A stretch of 64,000 nucleotides of DNA from Chlorokybus atmophyticus (Eukaryota; Plantae; Mesostigma and Chlorokybus algae). A program made the translations under genes and the position numbers. Position 1 is the first letter of the stretch; each line of letters starts with the position of its first letter. Positions 45,889-57,979 of this stretch are shown in pieces. The notes beneath the pieces were generated by a model, which worked only from the letters and a program-made list of their open reading frames with translations, did no database searches and had not been told where the DNA came from. The stretch is from assembly GCA_009103225.1 (NCBI GenBank), contig RHPI01000638.1, positions 558,001 to 622,000 of the forward strand, read 5' to 3'.

Positions 45889-45999
45889 GCATGACAAGGC
45901 TACCCGATGCATGAAGCCACTTCGGAACCGGAGGAGCACCTGGCAAATGCAAAACATATCCTGCAAAAGTATTTGCAACGACGACCAGAGAATCTTTGA
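45889..45999 (+). pseudogene. Chromodomain C-terminus of a gypsy integrase
   Basis: *QGYPMHEATSEPEEHLANAKHILQKY, matching WxGYxxxxxTWEPxxxL with two decayed Trp codons. Confidence 0.75.
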
Positions 46000-46053
46000 G
46001 AGCTTCGTCCTCGAAGCTCCCAATCTTGAGAGCTTCGAGGACGAAGCTTACCT

Positions 46054-46728
46054 AGGGGAGGAGTGTAACAGTTGAGGCCAAGTTTCATGATTTTAAAACC
46101 TTTTGGCCCATTTATCGAACACCACGTTTTCATGACTTGTGGTAGATATCGGCGACTTATGAGTCTGCCGTGGATATCGACCGGGGCCCCAGGAGCAGTC
46201 CGGAAGGAAGGTGCCAGAAAACGGAGGGCCAGTCAAGAAGGGCTCGACCAGATTTCTGGAAGGGCCTGGCGCCAAGTAGTATAACTTAACCATATGAGCG
46301 CCTAATCAGGAGATCTTTGGTGTGCAGGAAAGGTTTAGAAGTATACTACAAGGTTCTGCAATAACATCTTGGCATCTGGTTCTGTGCAGCACGGGTCTAG
46401 ACAGTAGCATGTGCAGACAGGTAGGTATCAAAGCGACATTTTACACTGTGCAATACAACCTTTTTATCCCTAGTTTCTTGTGTGCAAGCTTGGTAGTGGT
46501 AAGCAGGGGTTGCTAGTGTGTCCACTGGTGTGTGCTTGCTTGTGTGATGATTCAAGGCGCTACACAAGTCGGTGTGTAGCTTCGAGCGCGTGCGCGTGCG
46601 TACGCGAGTGGCGGGGCGCGCGTTTGTGCTTGGCAAAGGGGGTAAGGTTCCGGTGTGAATACCGTGCCGTAATGAGAGGGTTTTTAATTGGACCGACTCA
46701 CAGATGACAAGGCACGAGCACCGTCACA
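46054..46728 (+). mobile_element. Gypsy PPT (46054-46063) and 3' LTR (46064-46728), same family as 36554-37222
   Basis: AGGGGAGGAG then TGTAAC...GTCACA; inverted homolog of the LTR at 36554-37222. Confidence 0.9.
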
Positions 46729-46739
46729 TGACGTCCCCG

Positions 46740-47790
46740 GAGACTATGAGGTTGAGCACTTGTGCAAATTGCAATGAACAGTGGTAGCGGCTGCTATTAG
46801 CAGTTTGCAGGGCCATGAGGACTACTGGCATTATGTTAAGCAGTTTTGCACGCCTTGTGGTACAACACCCCTATAGACGGATCCTGGCACAGTGGCCCTA
46901 TTTCTAACCAAGGTGTCGGTGGAGTCTTCCACCTGGCATCTACAAACTAAGCCTTAGCGACCATACATGCTATGCATGCCATGACAGGTCTCTCACCGTG
47001 CGCATGCACTTGTGACCATGATGCATGAGGCCGATGCTAAGCTACTTAGCGCGGGCACTCGCAAGAACACCTCTTCACCGTCAAATTGGTTGAGGGCATC
47101 ATCTTGCACTTTGCCCATAAGACGTGGGACTTGGTGGCCAGGCAACAAATTGTGGCCATGTCTATAAGATATGCGGGTATGCTGCAGTCCTCCAATCTAG
47201 CGGCGGTCCGCTGACAGAATATAGCCTGAAGTTCAGACCAAATGGAGTTTAAAATTGCGCGCTGCAAGATAGACCAACATGGTGTGTGGATGCAATGATG
47301 GACATTGCTACTATGGAGGGGCATTGTGTCCATTGCTGCCCAGTTGTAAGTTGTTGTACTGCTCGGGCTACAAGCTAGCGGGCTCGGGCAAGTTGCTGCG
47401 CTCAATCCCATGTGTGGGCCCCACACATCCCCCCGGGGGGACGTGCATTGAATGACAAGGTTGTGCCCTATGGCACTATTCTTGGCTAAATGACGGCAGC
47501 CATTACGGCAGCGGGATTCTTTACACGTTGGCACACAATGTTGCCGCTCGAGTGGTGCAACCCAAGTGGTGAAGGTTGATGTGCCCCATTATGTGTGGCA
47601 GCAGTTTGGGCGCTGGAAGTCTTCCACCGTTGCTGAAGGCTACTTGGGCACGGCGTTGCCAACGTTGAACGCATTCACGTTAAGCCTCGCCGATGGTGCA
47701 CAATCTCATTGGTTTTATTTAAGAATCGCACATAGTAAATCCCGTGCATGAGCTGTATTTGTCGCGTATATATCGCATGTGAGTTTGCAT
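46740..47790 (+). mobile_element. DIRS tyrosine recombinase remnant and 3' end
   Basis: Colinear with 18830-17780; WDLVARQQ..YAGML, KIDQ, QQFGRWKSSTVAEGYL. Confidence 0.82.
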
Positions 47791-48199
47791 CTGCTTATTT
47801 TGCACTAAATCCTAAACATCTATTGAACTGCTATGGCCGCCACTGGCCAGATAGATATGCTTATGGGCCAGGCTGGTAGCCAACAAGCTCGTTGCTAATT
47901 AATACGTCTGGAGTAGTAGAGCATCAGCAGGCGCCCTCGATATAATCCTTAACAAAAAGACCAAATTGTGACCTCCAACTGCCACCTCCGCTACAATATT
48001 ATTAAGTACTACATAGGTGGTGCCTGCATCAGCACTGTGGCCATGATTGGAAAAGAGTTAATTTCGGCTCTAGTGGGTGAACATAAGCGACCATAAGCAT
48101 CAAAGCCCGCATCGCCATGAGCATTCACCGACCATGAAAGTACATATGAATATGCCGCTATTTAGCGGCTGTTATTGTCAACTGGATGCATAGCAGACT

Positions 48200-49150
48200 G
48201 GCTGCAATGCGTAGCCCACCAAACGTGGTGGACAATGGTTACAAGCTTCGCCTTATCACTGGTGGTATGTCGACCCCACTTGGTGCACGCAAAGTGAGAG
48301 TCTTACTCAAAAAGGTACCTAAATATATGCAGCATCTCAAACTCATTGCAATGTGAGGATTGGTTGTGCTACAAAGATTTAAAGTTCGGTCACCATCTCA
48401 AAACGATGACTTGCTTTTCTGATGTTACTTAAACTCCCTTTTGCAAGCAGCGAATATAACTTTTAATTATTACTAGTGGACATGCATACGGCCCACATTA
48501 CTTATAAAGGTCATATTGGTGTACCATTGGCGTGTACAAAGCATTTATATGTTGCCATGCCTTGAAAGCTTCCCATGTGCTGTTTATCTATGGCATTATC
48601 ACGCCTCCAACTCAACTGTGGTGCATATGAATCCAGTACGGTGTGGGTTGGTATTGAACATCACGGCGCCGACCATGCTAAACAGAGTTATAATTATTTT
48701 GGGCTTTGTAGAGGATACATGTTTTGAGATGAAGTATGTCCATGGCCGATATGCGCTTTAACTCGGTGTTACCCTGGTTGGGCTTGTGCAACAACAAAGC
48801 CTTTTGCTGCCATTGAAGCAGCCATAACCAATGGTGCCATCCACCTCTAGCGTGTTAGCAAGCTCTTATAGCATGCTAAAAATTGCTAAGCCCGTATATG
48901 CCTTGTTGGTCTAGAATGGCCCCACCCAGACTTGGCCAATGCTATACTCCAAGGCATGTGGCATGAATCGTGCACGGTGTGGGTAGCCTACCCATGATTG
49001 ATGCGTGCTTATGGCCTAGCCTTCAAGCTACAGAACAGTGAAAAGGACGCCCTCACTTAGATGTGCAAGACTCAATAACTATCGTGTTTGGTGCCCGCAC
49101 ACGTAGTGTATCGCCGCTACCGTTTGAAAGACGCTTATGCCCCAAGTCGT
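48200..49150 (+). pseudogene. Highly decayed DIRS RT-to-MT remnant
   Basis: VDNGYKL, DLKFGHH, HWRVQSIYMLPCLESF; ~49020 matches the MT/YR linker at ~18960. Confidence 0.45.
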
Positions 49151-51091
49151 ATGGACGGTAACTACTACAGTTATGCTGCAAGGTTGGGGTCGATGGACAG
49201 GGATATATTGACTTAAAAACTCACTACGTGAGTGCTTGTGCCCTTTAATGTCTAGAAAACCAAGGGCACAAGTATCTCATAGCTCATTAATAAGATCATG
49301 AGATCATAATTGCTCACTTCATCAGCTTCACAAACTCGTGTACCATGCACATAAATGACTCACGACGCTCAATTCATACTTCGGGGTCGCTAGGGTCGAA
49401 GGTTACACACAGTAAGAATGTCTGCCATTCAACCCAGGCTTTGCATGAGCATATATAATCCGTTTAAAGGTATCCCATAATCGCTGTAGACTTTCAGCAT
49501 GCATGTAATGTTATACATGTTGTGGCACACCCACTTGTGCCGGAATAACACGCTCTGCGCAGTTTACAATGGGTCTCGAAAGATAGAGAATCTTTGCATG
49601 CCGCCTTAAAGTTATCTCAGCCTTCACCCATCGCAAAGTGATGTAATAGGGGACAACTGCGTTGCTGATCACACGCAAGCCCCCCACACGCATTATTGAG
49701 TGCAGCAGCTTATTCGGGCCTACGTATGTGTAGCCCGAACCGTATACAAGCTTGTCCAAGTGCATTACACCCGCATGCACCAACATCAATATCAATACAT
49801 GAAACCGCACGCATGCAAATATAAACCTAAAACACTTTGTAATTGGGTTTAACGATTCGACATGGCAGCAATATTGAGCAAGTTGTGATAAACATAGCAT
49901 TATTGCGGTAGGCCAGACGCAAGCTCAAGTAGCCCTTTTACGCTAGGCTAAGTGCGAGCATGCAACAGCCCCGTTATTAATAGAATCGTGAAGCTAAGAA
50001 CAGTAAGCATGCAACAACCCCCATTTTGCACGACCAAGCAATGCAAATATGTTTTCACTATTATATTGACGCTGCGCCACATTGCACCCGTTTTGCAATG
50101 TGTTAAAAGACATTCCATTACAAAGTTTAATGAGCTCATCATGCGTTTATGTATACCATAAATTGAATGGCGGACGCGAGACCTCAACATATTATATCAT
50201 GCATAGGTGGACTGCGCGCGCTAATAAATCATTAATTAGTGAAATGATTTCACTACATCAACTGCTGCATTAGGCTGTAAGATACAACAAGCATATCATT
50301 TGTGATCAGTACACAATTTTGATGACAACGTCTGTGTGTGAATCGGTTATCATAACAGCCGTAAACCTTACTTGTATACCACAGTGTTACCAAGATCGCA
50401 ACATGTACAATTAGCGAAAAAGTAAAACATCCCGTACTTGTTATCAAACAATTTAACATACGCCACATATATATGTGAACATTGAGGAGTTTAGCAAATG
50501 AATACATAAAAAGGGCAAAACATGCCATGCGTACGATGTACTAGTTGTATCCATCATGGAGCATATTTACGTCGATCTGTACACACATAATAATAACAAG
50601 CTCTTTATAATTGAAACCGGGTGAGCTCCTTTTCAGATGCGTAGGTCAAAACTTGTATTCAATAGGCATGGGCTTGCATGTCGAAGCATGTACTGCTCAA
50701 GCACCAACGGTTTGTGCTCGAGCCTTGTTAGACGCAGCTGTTCAAAGTACATGCGTGCGTTGTTGTTATTGTGTATGAGGTGCGAGCTACGCACGCTTAA
50801 ATATTTGCTTGCACAACGTGACTTGAGCGCTTGGACAGATGGATGACATGAAATGCAGTCATTGTTTCTCGCGGGCAATTGTTCTGTAAACTTGATGACT
50901 GAATTCATCATGCTCATGTAGCTTTCTCTTACACATGCTTCACACTACGGCAACAACACTTGTTGTGGTTATGCATTAACACTTGCAATGGTGCCAGAGA
51001 TGCATGCGTACGCAGCACTGACAAATTTGCCTGCCTGGCAACAATGGATGCATAAGTGCATGGTAACGCATATATGCTGAAGTTTATCACC

Positions 51092-54000
51092 TTACATCCC
51101 CGCGCCATAGCCAACAATGTTGTGCCCTCGGCTCGCCTCATAACTAAGCCTCCCGTGGGTCTTCCTTAAAAAGGATTCCTGCGCCTTGGGCGACAGCGGC
51201 AGCATCTCCGCTCGCCGGCCCCACGGCCTCACCTCCTCACGGATGCTCCCCATCAACAAATCCAACAACTCCGCCGAGTCCTGCGCATGACGGTGATGAC
51301 ATCTGTAAAAGCTCACGATGGACCGCACACACACGCACGTATGCGCGCACGCATGTGCCTGCACAAGCATGCATATGCGCTCGCGCACGCACAGGTTCAT
51401 GTGCGCACACACGCTCACTCAATCAATAGCTGTGCACCGTGCATTGGACTTTACCGTGGAGGTTTGTGTGCTGGTACTGCGCATAGGCCTGTATGGACTG
51501 CCCCCTGTGTGGCTGTTGGCCACACTGGTCTCGCTGTCTTCATGCGCAAGAGCAAGCACCGAAGACAGCGCGTTCGCCTGCCCTTTACTCGCAGGTATAG
51601 CTGTGCAAGCCAACAGTTTATGTGCAACTCACAAGCGCTTAACAATACTACTCCACCTCAATGAGTTTATTATGGCGTACGTGGCAACACGAGGTCGTGT
51701 AAAGGGTTGGATGTGGGCGATGCCGCGGCTTGAGCTTTGTTGTTGTTGTTTCCAAAGGCCAACTTGTTACTGAGGTTGCTGTTGTGGAATGCGTGTAGTC
51801 GGTCGAGTAGGTACGCCAGCACACGCTCACGCTGCTTAAGACTGAGCTCGTCCAGCGTCCCGGGAAGGACAACAAGCTCAGCCGTGCGTTCGCCATCCTC
51901 ATCGCCACCGCTGTGACAACGCAACTCACATCAACAACAACACCATCCTTGTTGTCCGCTGCTGCCCAGATGATGTGACTTGCATGCGCAGCACCCCAAA
52001 CGTTGTACAAACCCGATCGTGCCCGTGTATGGACACATGCACGCATGCACATGCGCATACCCCCACCTACTACTCCCCCTGCAAAAGACCAATGGTTTTA
52101 CAGGCAAATATCATCGGTNNNNNNNNNNNNNNNNNNNNNNNNNNNNNNNNNNNNNNNNNNNNNNNNNNNNNNNNNNNNNNNNNNNNNNNNNNNNNNNNNN
52201 NNNNNNNNNNNNNNNNNNNNNNNNNNNNNNNNNNNCCCAACCCCCACCTGTCTTTAACCACCGTGACGATCTGCGCCTTGACATCCTGTAGGCAGTTTAT
52301 AAGGAACTTGGAGGCCTCGTCCATGCGCGCGTGCATGTCGGCCAACACCGACCGCTGCTCCTGCGCTTCCCTCTTCGCCACCGCAACATCCTGACAAAAC
52401 GCACACATTCAACTTGGTTTGCTTTGTAAGTACTCAGCTTGTGTGTGATCAATCAAAGACTGTGCTGTTCACCTTGAGAGCGGTCTGTAGTTTGTCTTGC
52501 GCGCTGCGTGCCTGGTTGTCTGCCTCGCGGCGCGCGTGGGATGCGCGCGCGGCCTCGTCGGCAAGCTGCTGACGGAGACTCTCCTGGGCTGGCGTGTAAC
52601 CGACCGTCTAATAAGTAAAGCATGCGAGAATGCATGCGTGAGCGTGTGTGTGCGCGCGCGCGCGCATATGAAGGGAAAGGCTACTCACCTTTGAGTTTGG
52701 CGAGGAGCGTGCCAACCGTTTTCCTGTACACTTGGTTGCGGCGCACCACTTCACCTTGCGTCGCAGCCGACAGCTCCGCGTCCCGTCTCAGCGATGCATT
52801 TTCTGTGATGACCATGGCAGGGTTTGCATCACACCGATTGTGGTAATGTGCATCAGAAAAACGTTCCAGACTGGCATTGTACCGGCGATGAGCTTTGCGT
52901 TGTGCTGGATGAGTTTTTCTGCCTGGCGGCTCTGATATGCCAGCTCGCTGCTCATCCGCTCGTTCTCAGTGATCGTCCGCTTTGTCGTCTGTCAAGGTAG
53001 TAGTGATACATTCAACACCTTCTTATACTTCACAAGCACCCAAAGAAATAGATACACATGCGTACACGTGCGCACGCGCACGCGCACGCGCACACACACA
53101 CGCGCGCGGGCACAGGTTCACACGCACACGCACGCACGCATGCACGCACGCGTCCCACCCACCTCTTCCAGTTGGTCGTCCGTGAGCTTCATCATCCCGG
53201 CCCTCGTCTCTCTTATCCTTGCCGCCATCTCCTTCTTGAGCCTGTCCTTCTCCTGCACGGCACGTCTCTCGACCTCCGCGAGCCTGTCCTCCGCGGCGTG
53301 CCTCTCGGCCTCGGCCGCCGCCTCGGACGCGGCCACGGCGCCCTCCAGCTCTCCCTTGCGCTCCTGGAAGTCTTTCAGCTCCTGCAGCTTAGACTCGTAC
53401 TTGTCGATCGCGCGCTGCAGCTCTGAGGGAGATTCAAACACAAGGGTTGACGCAACGTACAACTAAGACCAACCGGTAGTTGTCATGGATGCAGGTGGCC
53501 TTGCTCACTCTCAGATGACACGCAATGTCACACCTGCGATGGTTGCTTCTGACTGGTTCCTCAGCTGGTGCAGCTCGCTCGCAGAAGACGCACGCAACGC
53601 CTCACGCTCGCGCTCGGACTTGGACAACTCCTACGAGAGTGTGTGCGGGTGTGCGCGTGCGAGCACGCATGTGCGTGTATGCAAGCAGAGAAGTCGAGAG
53701 CATGTGCTGATGCTCTTGCTCGCCGTTCGCGCTGCTTGCCGTTATCTGAATGAGTGCAGGCAAAGCACGGAGTACAGTACAATAGAGTAGCGACTTGATA
53801 CTGTGATGCCTTGATCAAGAAGAACAGTGTACGTTGAAGAACGATCGATGCCAGACCAGTTACATCCAAGGGGGTTTGCTCGTGAATTGCAAACACAGGA
53901 ACGAAAGTTAAAGTGAGGCTGTATATCTGTAATCACCTGTGATAGATGAGCGGCGAGCTGTTCCTTGGTGCGCAGGTCGGCGGTGAGGTGGTCGTTGATG

Positions 54001-54411
54001 TCGCGGAGGTTGCTCTGCTCAGCCTCGAGTGCAGAGCTCAGCCTAGCGCACTCACCACTCAACACCTGTGTACGTGTGTTTGGACTTTGTGCAAATCTCA
54101 AAACCCAACATGAGAGGCAAAGTAGGTTGCTCAGGCCCTCTACGAAAATCTCACTATCCATCCCCCCTTGCCTCTGTCTTTCCCTTCCAGGCGGAGACTC
54201 TGCTGCGCATGACGCCCAGGAGGAGCTCCCTGTCCAGACCGGTGACGTCGTCGTCATCGTTCATGTCCGCCGCCGCTGCTGATGCAGCGCCTCCTCCCGC
54301 CATGGCGTCGCCTCTGGCGCTTGCAGAGGCGGCGGCGGCGGAGGACGAGGGAGATGCAGAGGCGGCGGCGGCGACGCCGGCGCCCGCGGTCGACTCCTTC
54401 TTGGACGGCAT
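51092..54411 (-). CDS. CFAP157: Ciliary coiled-coil protein, CFAP157/BBOF1 family (multi-exon)
   Basis: Phase-consistent exons 54411-54172, 54065-53937, 53630-53534, 53422-53163, 52988-52883, 52802-52689, 52588-52473, 52390-52248, 51910-?; the last exon ends at 51092. Motifs EKDRLKKEM..TTKRTITENERMSSELAYQSRQ and LDELSLKQRERVLAYLL. The 3' exon boundaries and the N gap are unresolved. CFAP157 rather than BBOF1 is from memory of the family. Confidence 0.75.
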
Positions 54412-56629
54412 GAGGTAATCGACTAACGAGCGCTTTGACAATCTGGAAGGGTGACGATGGCGATGACAGCCACGACGCCGCCGGAGAGGCGGCAGTCAAC
54501 GTGGCGCGAAGGCAAGTGGGTCACGTGACAGACAACCTACTAGTATCGATGGCTCATGAATGAATCGTTGATGATGCATGCATGCATTGCAAGTTCCAAT
54601 CAGGAATGACACTCGTCATTCCAAGGCACATGTGCTTCGCTAAGCCCACCGGGAGTGGGTGCGAAATAAACTCATGCTTAATGGTGTCATGGTACTATCA
54701 TGTTAGTAGGCGTCACGAGAAACAACTTTTCATAATTGATCATGAAAATACATACCGATACCCATAATCTCACATACACTGGTTTACAGGCTTGTATTCA
54801 GCAGCCATATTCATGGTAAAATAGATCATGAACATTCATTCTGCGGTAGTGTTTTGAATAATTCGTGCCGAACGCTAAAAATATATGGGCTTTTTTCACG
54901 TTAAAACCCCGAAAAACTATGCGACTTAATGCATTAGACAATGGAATTCAATGCATAGTTGATACCGCCAAGGGGGGTCTTAAGTTCGTAAAGTGCCCTT
55001 ACACAACGAATTATATTACGAATAATTCGTGGCAGTGCGGTATTCATAATGCATACGGAGTTTACATATAATACTCCGGGGCGGATGCAGCCCTCCTCAT
55101 AATTGAATATGAAATGAACTATCCATAAAAAGGGGGTTATCCTTGCGGGGGATGATAGTTGGGTACTGTACTACGGTAACAATATAAGTGATTAATATTA
55201 GTGATTACTAGTGATTATTGCAAACTTACAGTGACACGGTAACAATATGATTCATTAATGATAGTGACCACTGTAAATTTACGCAAAACCGTATACACAA
55301 AATTCATCACGAACGCATTGATAGTTAATGAAGCTAGGGTGGTGACCAGATTTGCTGCATTACATTTCAAAAACATTATACCAATACAATGCACCCTAAA
55401 AATGTCCAACCATCATACATATGCAATATTTATTAACAATGTCTAAATTATGGAATGATGAACGAATAAAGCTAATTAACTCACGGTTGTTGCGTATCAT
55501 ATGAACTATTCAGGTAATGACATAAGCTTGCATAATCTACCTTTGTTGAACAACTTGAATATACACCACAAATATGCTGCAAGTGCGCGAATGAACGGGA
55601 ACATATACTGGTAGCACCTAATGCTATCATTAATAGCGCTTTGCAAAATTGCAGATCTACTCACCCTCATTCTGCTTGGATTGGCATAATGTACTCATAC
55701 TTGTACACGTAGCGCTTGCGGTGTAGCAAGACTTGATAATTGTAAGCATGCTACACTTTGAATGCTGACAACACTTTTCTCTTGTGTGCATAACAATGCT
55801 ACTATTTTTGGAAGGCGTGTTGTAAAGTACCAAAAATACATGCTTTGTTCAGAGCATGGTGATTAAAAAATGTCCTATTTTTGGAGCAAAAAGCATGAGT
55901 TTTCAGGAGCACAACAGCTACCATAGTGTCATAAGTTTCACAATTACCAAGCTTTGTTGTTGTACTTACTTTTGTGGAGTGAGGGTATTTCGCCTTGTAA
56001 AAAGCTATAGTTTATCAGCTAAGGCTCGTTCCAAACCCCAACGATATGCAAGCATATAAGATGTGTGGGTATGTTTCTGTTTCCGTTAGCGACACACTAC
56101 ATTCTTACTTGCATTGTTCAGGCGTCTCATGGTTGCATGCCCTTTGGCGACAAAAGTTCAAGCATGCACGCATTTGCATGTGTACAAGGATCGTATGCCA
56201 CATATTGTGCATGCATGTCACACAAGGCATTCACCACAATGCATGGGGTGTTACTCAACAAAAACGCATGCATCACATGCAACACCTCATTTACATAATC
56301 TACCACCGGGCTACTCTACCTACGCCACTACACTACCTACTCGCCATCCCCGTTACTCACGCACAAGCATGCAAGTGTTTCAAGCCATCACCTGTACAGC
56401 ACGCAGCAGCAGCGTTAGCCCCGGTTGTTCTTCATGTCAAGTTTGGAATGCGGTCAGCATGCAAGCAGCATGCGCAGTCCGGCCCTCTCTCCCTCCCCTC
56501 TCTCCCTCTCTCCCTCCCTCTTTCCCTCTGTCCGCATGCAGACGCTGCAACCCTTACTGATTTGCCAGGCCGGGCCCCTCTGCCCCGCCCCTCTGCTGTG
56601 TCTGTCTCTCTCCTTGCACTTTCGGTGTA

Positions 56630-57600
56630 CCATTGTATGCACTTCATGGTGCAGCAACTGTGCGGTTGCTGGTGGGGTTGGGTGTTGATGTCCTGCGCAC
56701 GGGCAAGCTTGTCCACCGGTTAGCCTGCTCCCCATGCAGTGGATGTAGCACTGCACCACACCGTCAGGCGCGGTGTTTGCGTACTTCCGCAAACAGTAGG
56801 TTGTACAACAGCTCCAGTGGGGCGGCATCAAAAAATACAAGGCAAGAGGTGACCAGGCCGCAGTGCACATCCCAATGGCTACACCGTTTAGCCAGTCCCA
56901 CCGCGGCTATACATGCAGATCCGCATGTAGTTGAACTCTTGCTACCGAAGCTGGCGCAAGATGTGTAGACACATGAATGTTGCCTAGATGCACATGAGCG
57001 CTTGTATTGAGTGCGGACGCAAGCTCACATCGTTGACTTTCGAGAAAATAGGACATGTCAGAATTGCAAACCCCAGCTACTCAATCAGTGACAGTGCACA
57101 AGCATACATCTGTGAGCACACAGACGGATGCATATATGCCCACAATGCCAGCATCCATACGCATTGCGAACAACCGGTACATCATCTCAAGCAGCCATAC
57201 ATGCATTTGCAGTGCAGCAGGGCAGTGCTCACCTAATGCTTGCTATCTTGTGACTGCAAGCGCTTCTCCCGCAGCTGCCGCCTCCACGCCACTCGCTAAG
57301 GCATTTGAAACGCACATTCTGCATCATCCACCTTATGCCCAACCTGCCAGTGTTGCATGCGTTTACAACCATTGGTTAAGTGCATGTGTCCGACAATGCG
57401 TTCACATGTGGTAATCTTAATCCCCCCCCACCCCCTCCTTTACTCCCGTTGTATCCAGTTTTTGTTACCAAGCAACACTCTGTGCAACAATTCCCACCTC
57501 ACCACACGTCATGCAGCAATATACGTCTTTGGTGCTTGAGTAGCTTGAGCAGGCGGTCTTGGAACGGCTGGATGGCCCTGTTGATGACATCGTGACTGCA
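56630..57600 (+). pseudogene. Possible decayed ankyrin-repeat gene
   Basis: Scattered fragments ALHGAATVRLLVGLGVDV, ALHHTVRRG, AAIHADPHVVELLL, NGWMALLM in different frames. Confidence 0.35.
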
Positions 57601-57979
57601 TGTCGCCAGCGTGGCGTTGTGCCCTATGGCCCGCGTCAATAACGCTGCGTATTCACAACACCTTGGAATGCTCCTTGACGACACGTTTGGGCAACAAGTA
57701 CATAACAAGCATAACGTTAGGTACAGCAGAGTGTGCTGGGCGCATACAAGTATGTATGGTGATATGTGCAGGTAGTGATAGCTTCTTGAGCGGGGGACTG
57801 TGCACATGAACTCAGCCACATATATGCGTCAAGGGCACATCATCAATCTGCTGTTTGCCCGTACAATACACATAGTCAATGAACATTTCGAGGCAAATAT
57901 ATACTACACCATAACCGGCAAGAGGTTAACCCGATAAGGAGGCGAGATGTGTGTGCATACACACATGTTTGGACGTGTA

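Noticed and set aside
52080-52118. MITE insertion in the CFAP157-like intron
   Set aside because: 39 bp identical to 41602-41640 running into an N gap; it could be a mis-extended contig end and cannot be verified.
55100-55170. Another pogo-type MITE end (GGGTACTG-TA)
   Set aside because: No matching left TIR found.
55490-56040. hAT-like transposase remnant
   Set aside because: Only a vague resemblance; no continuous motif or TIR pair.
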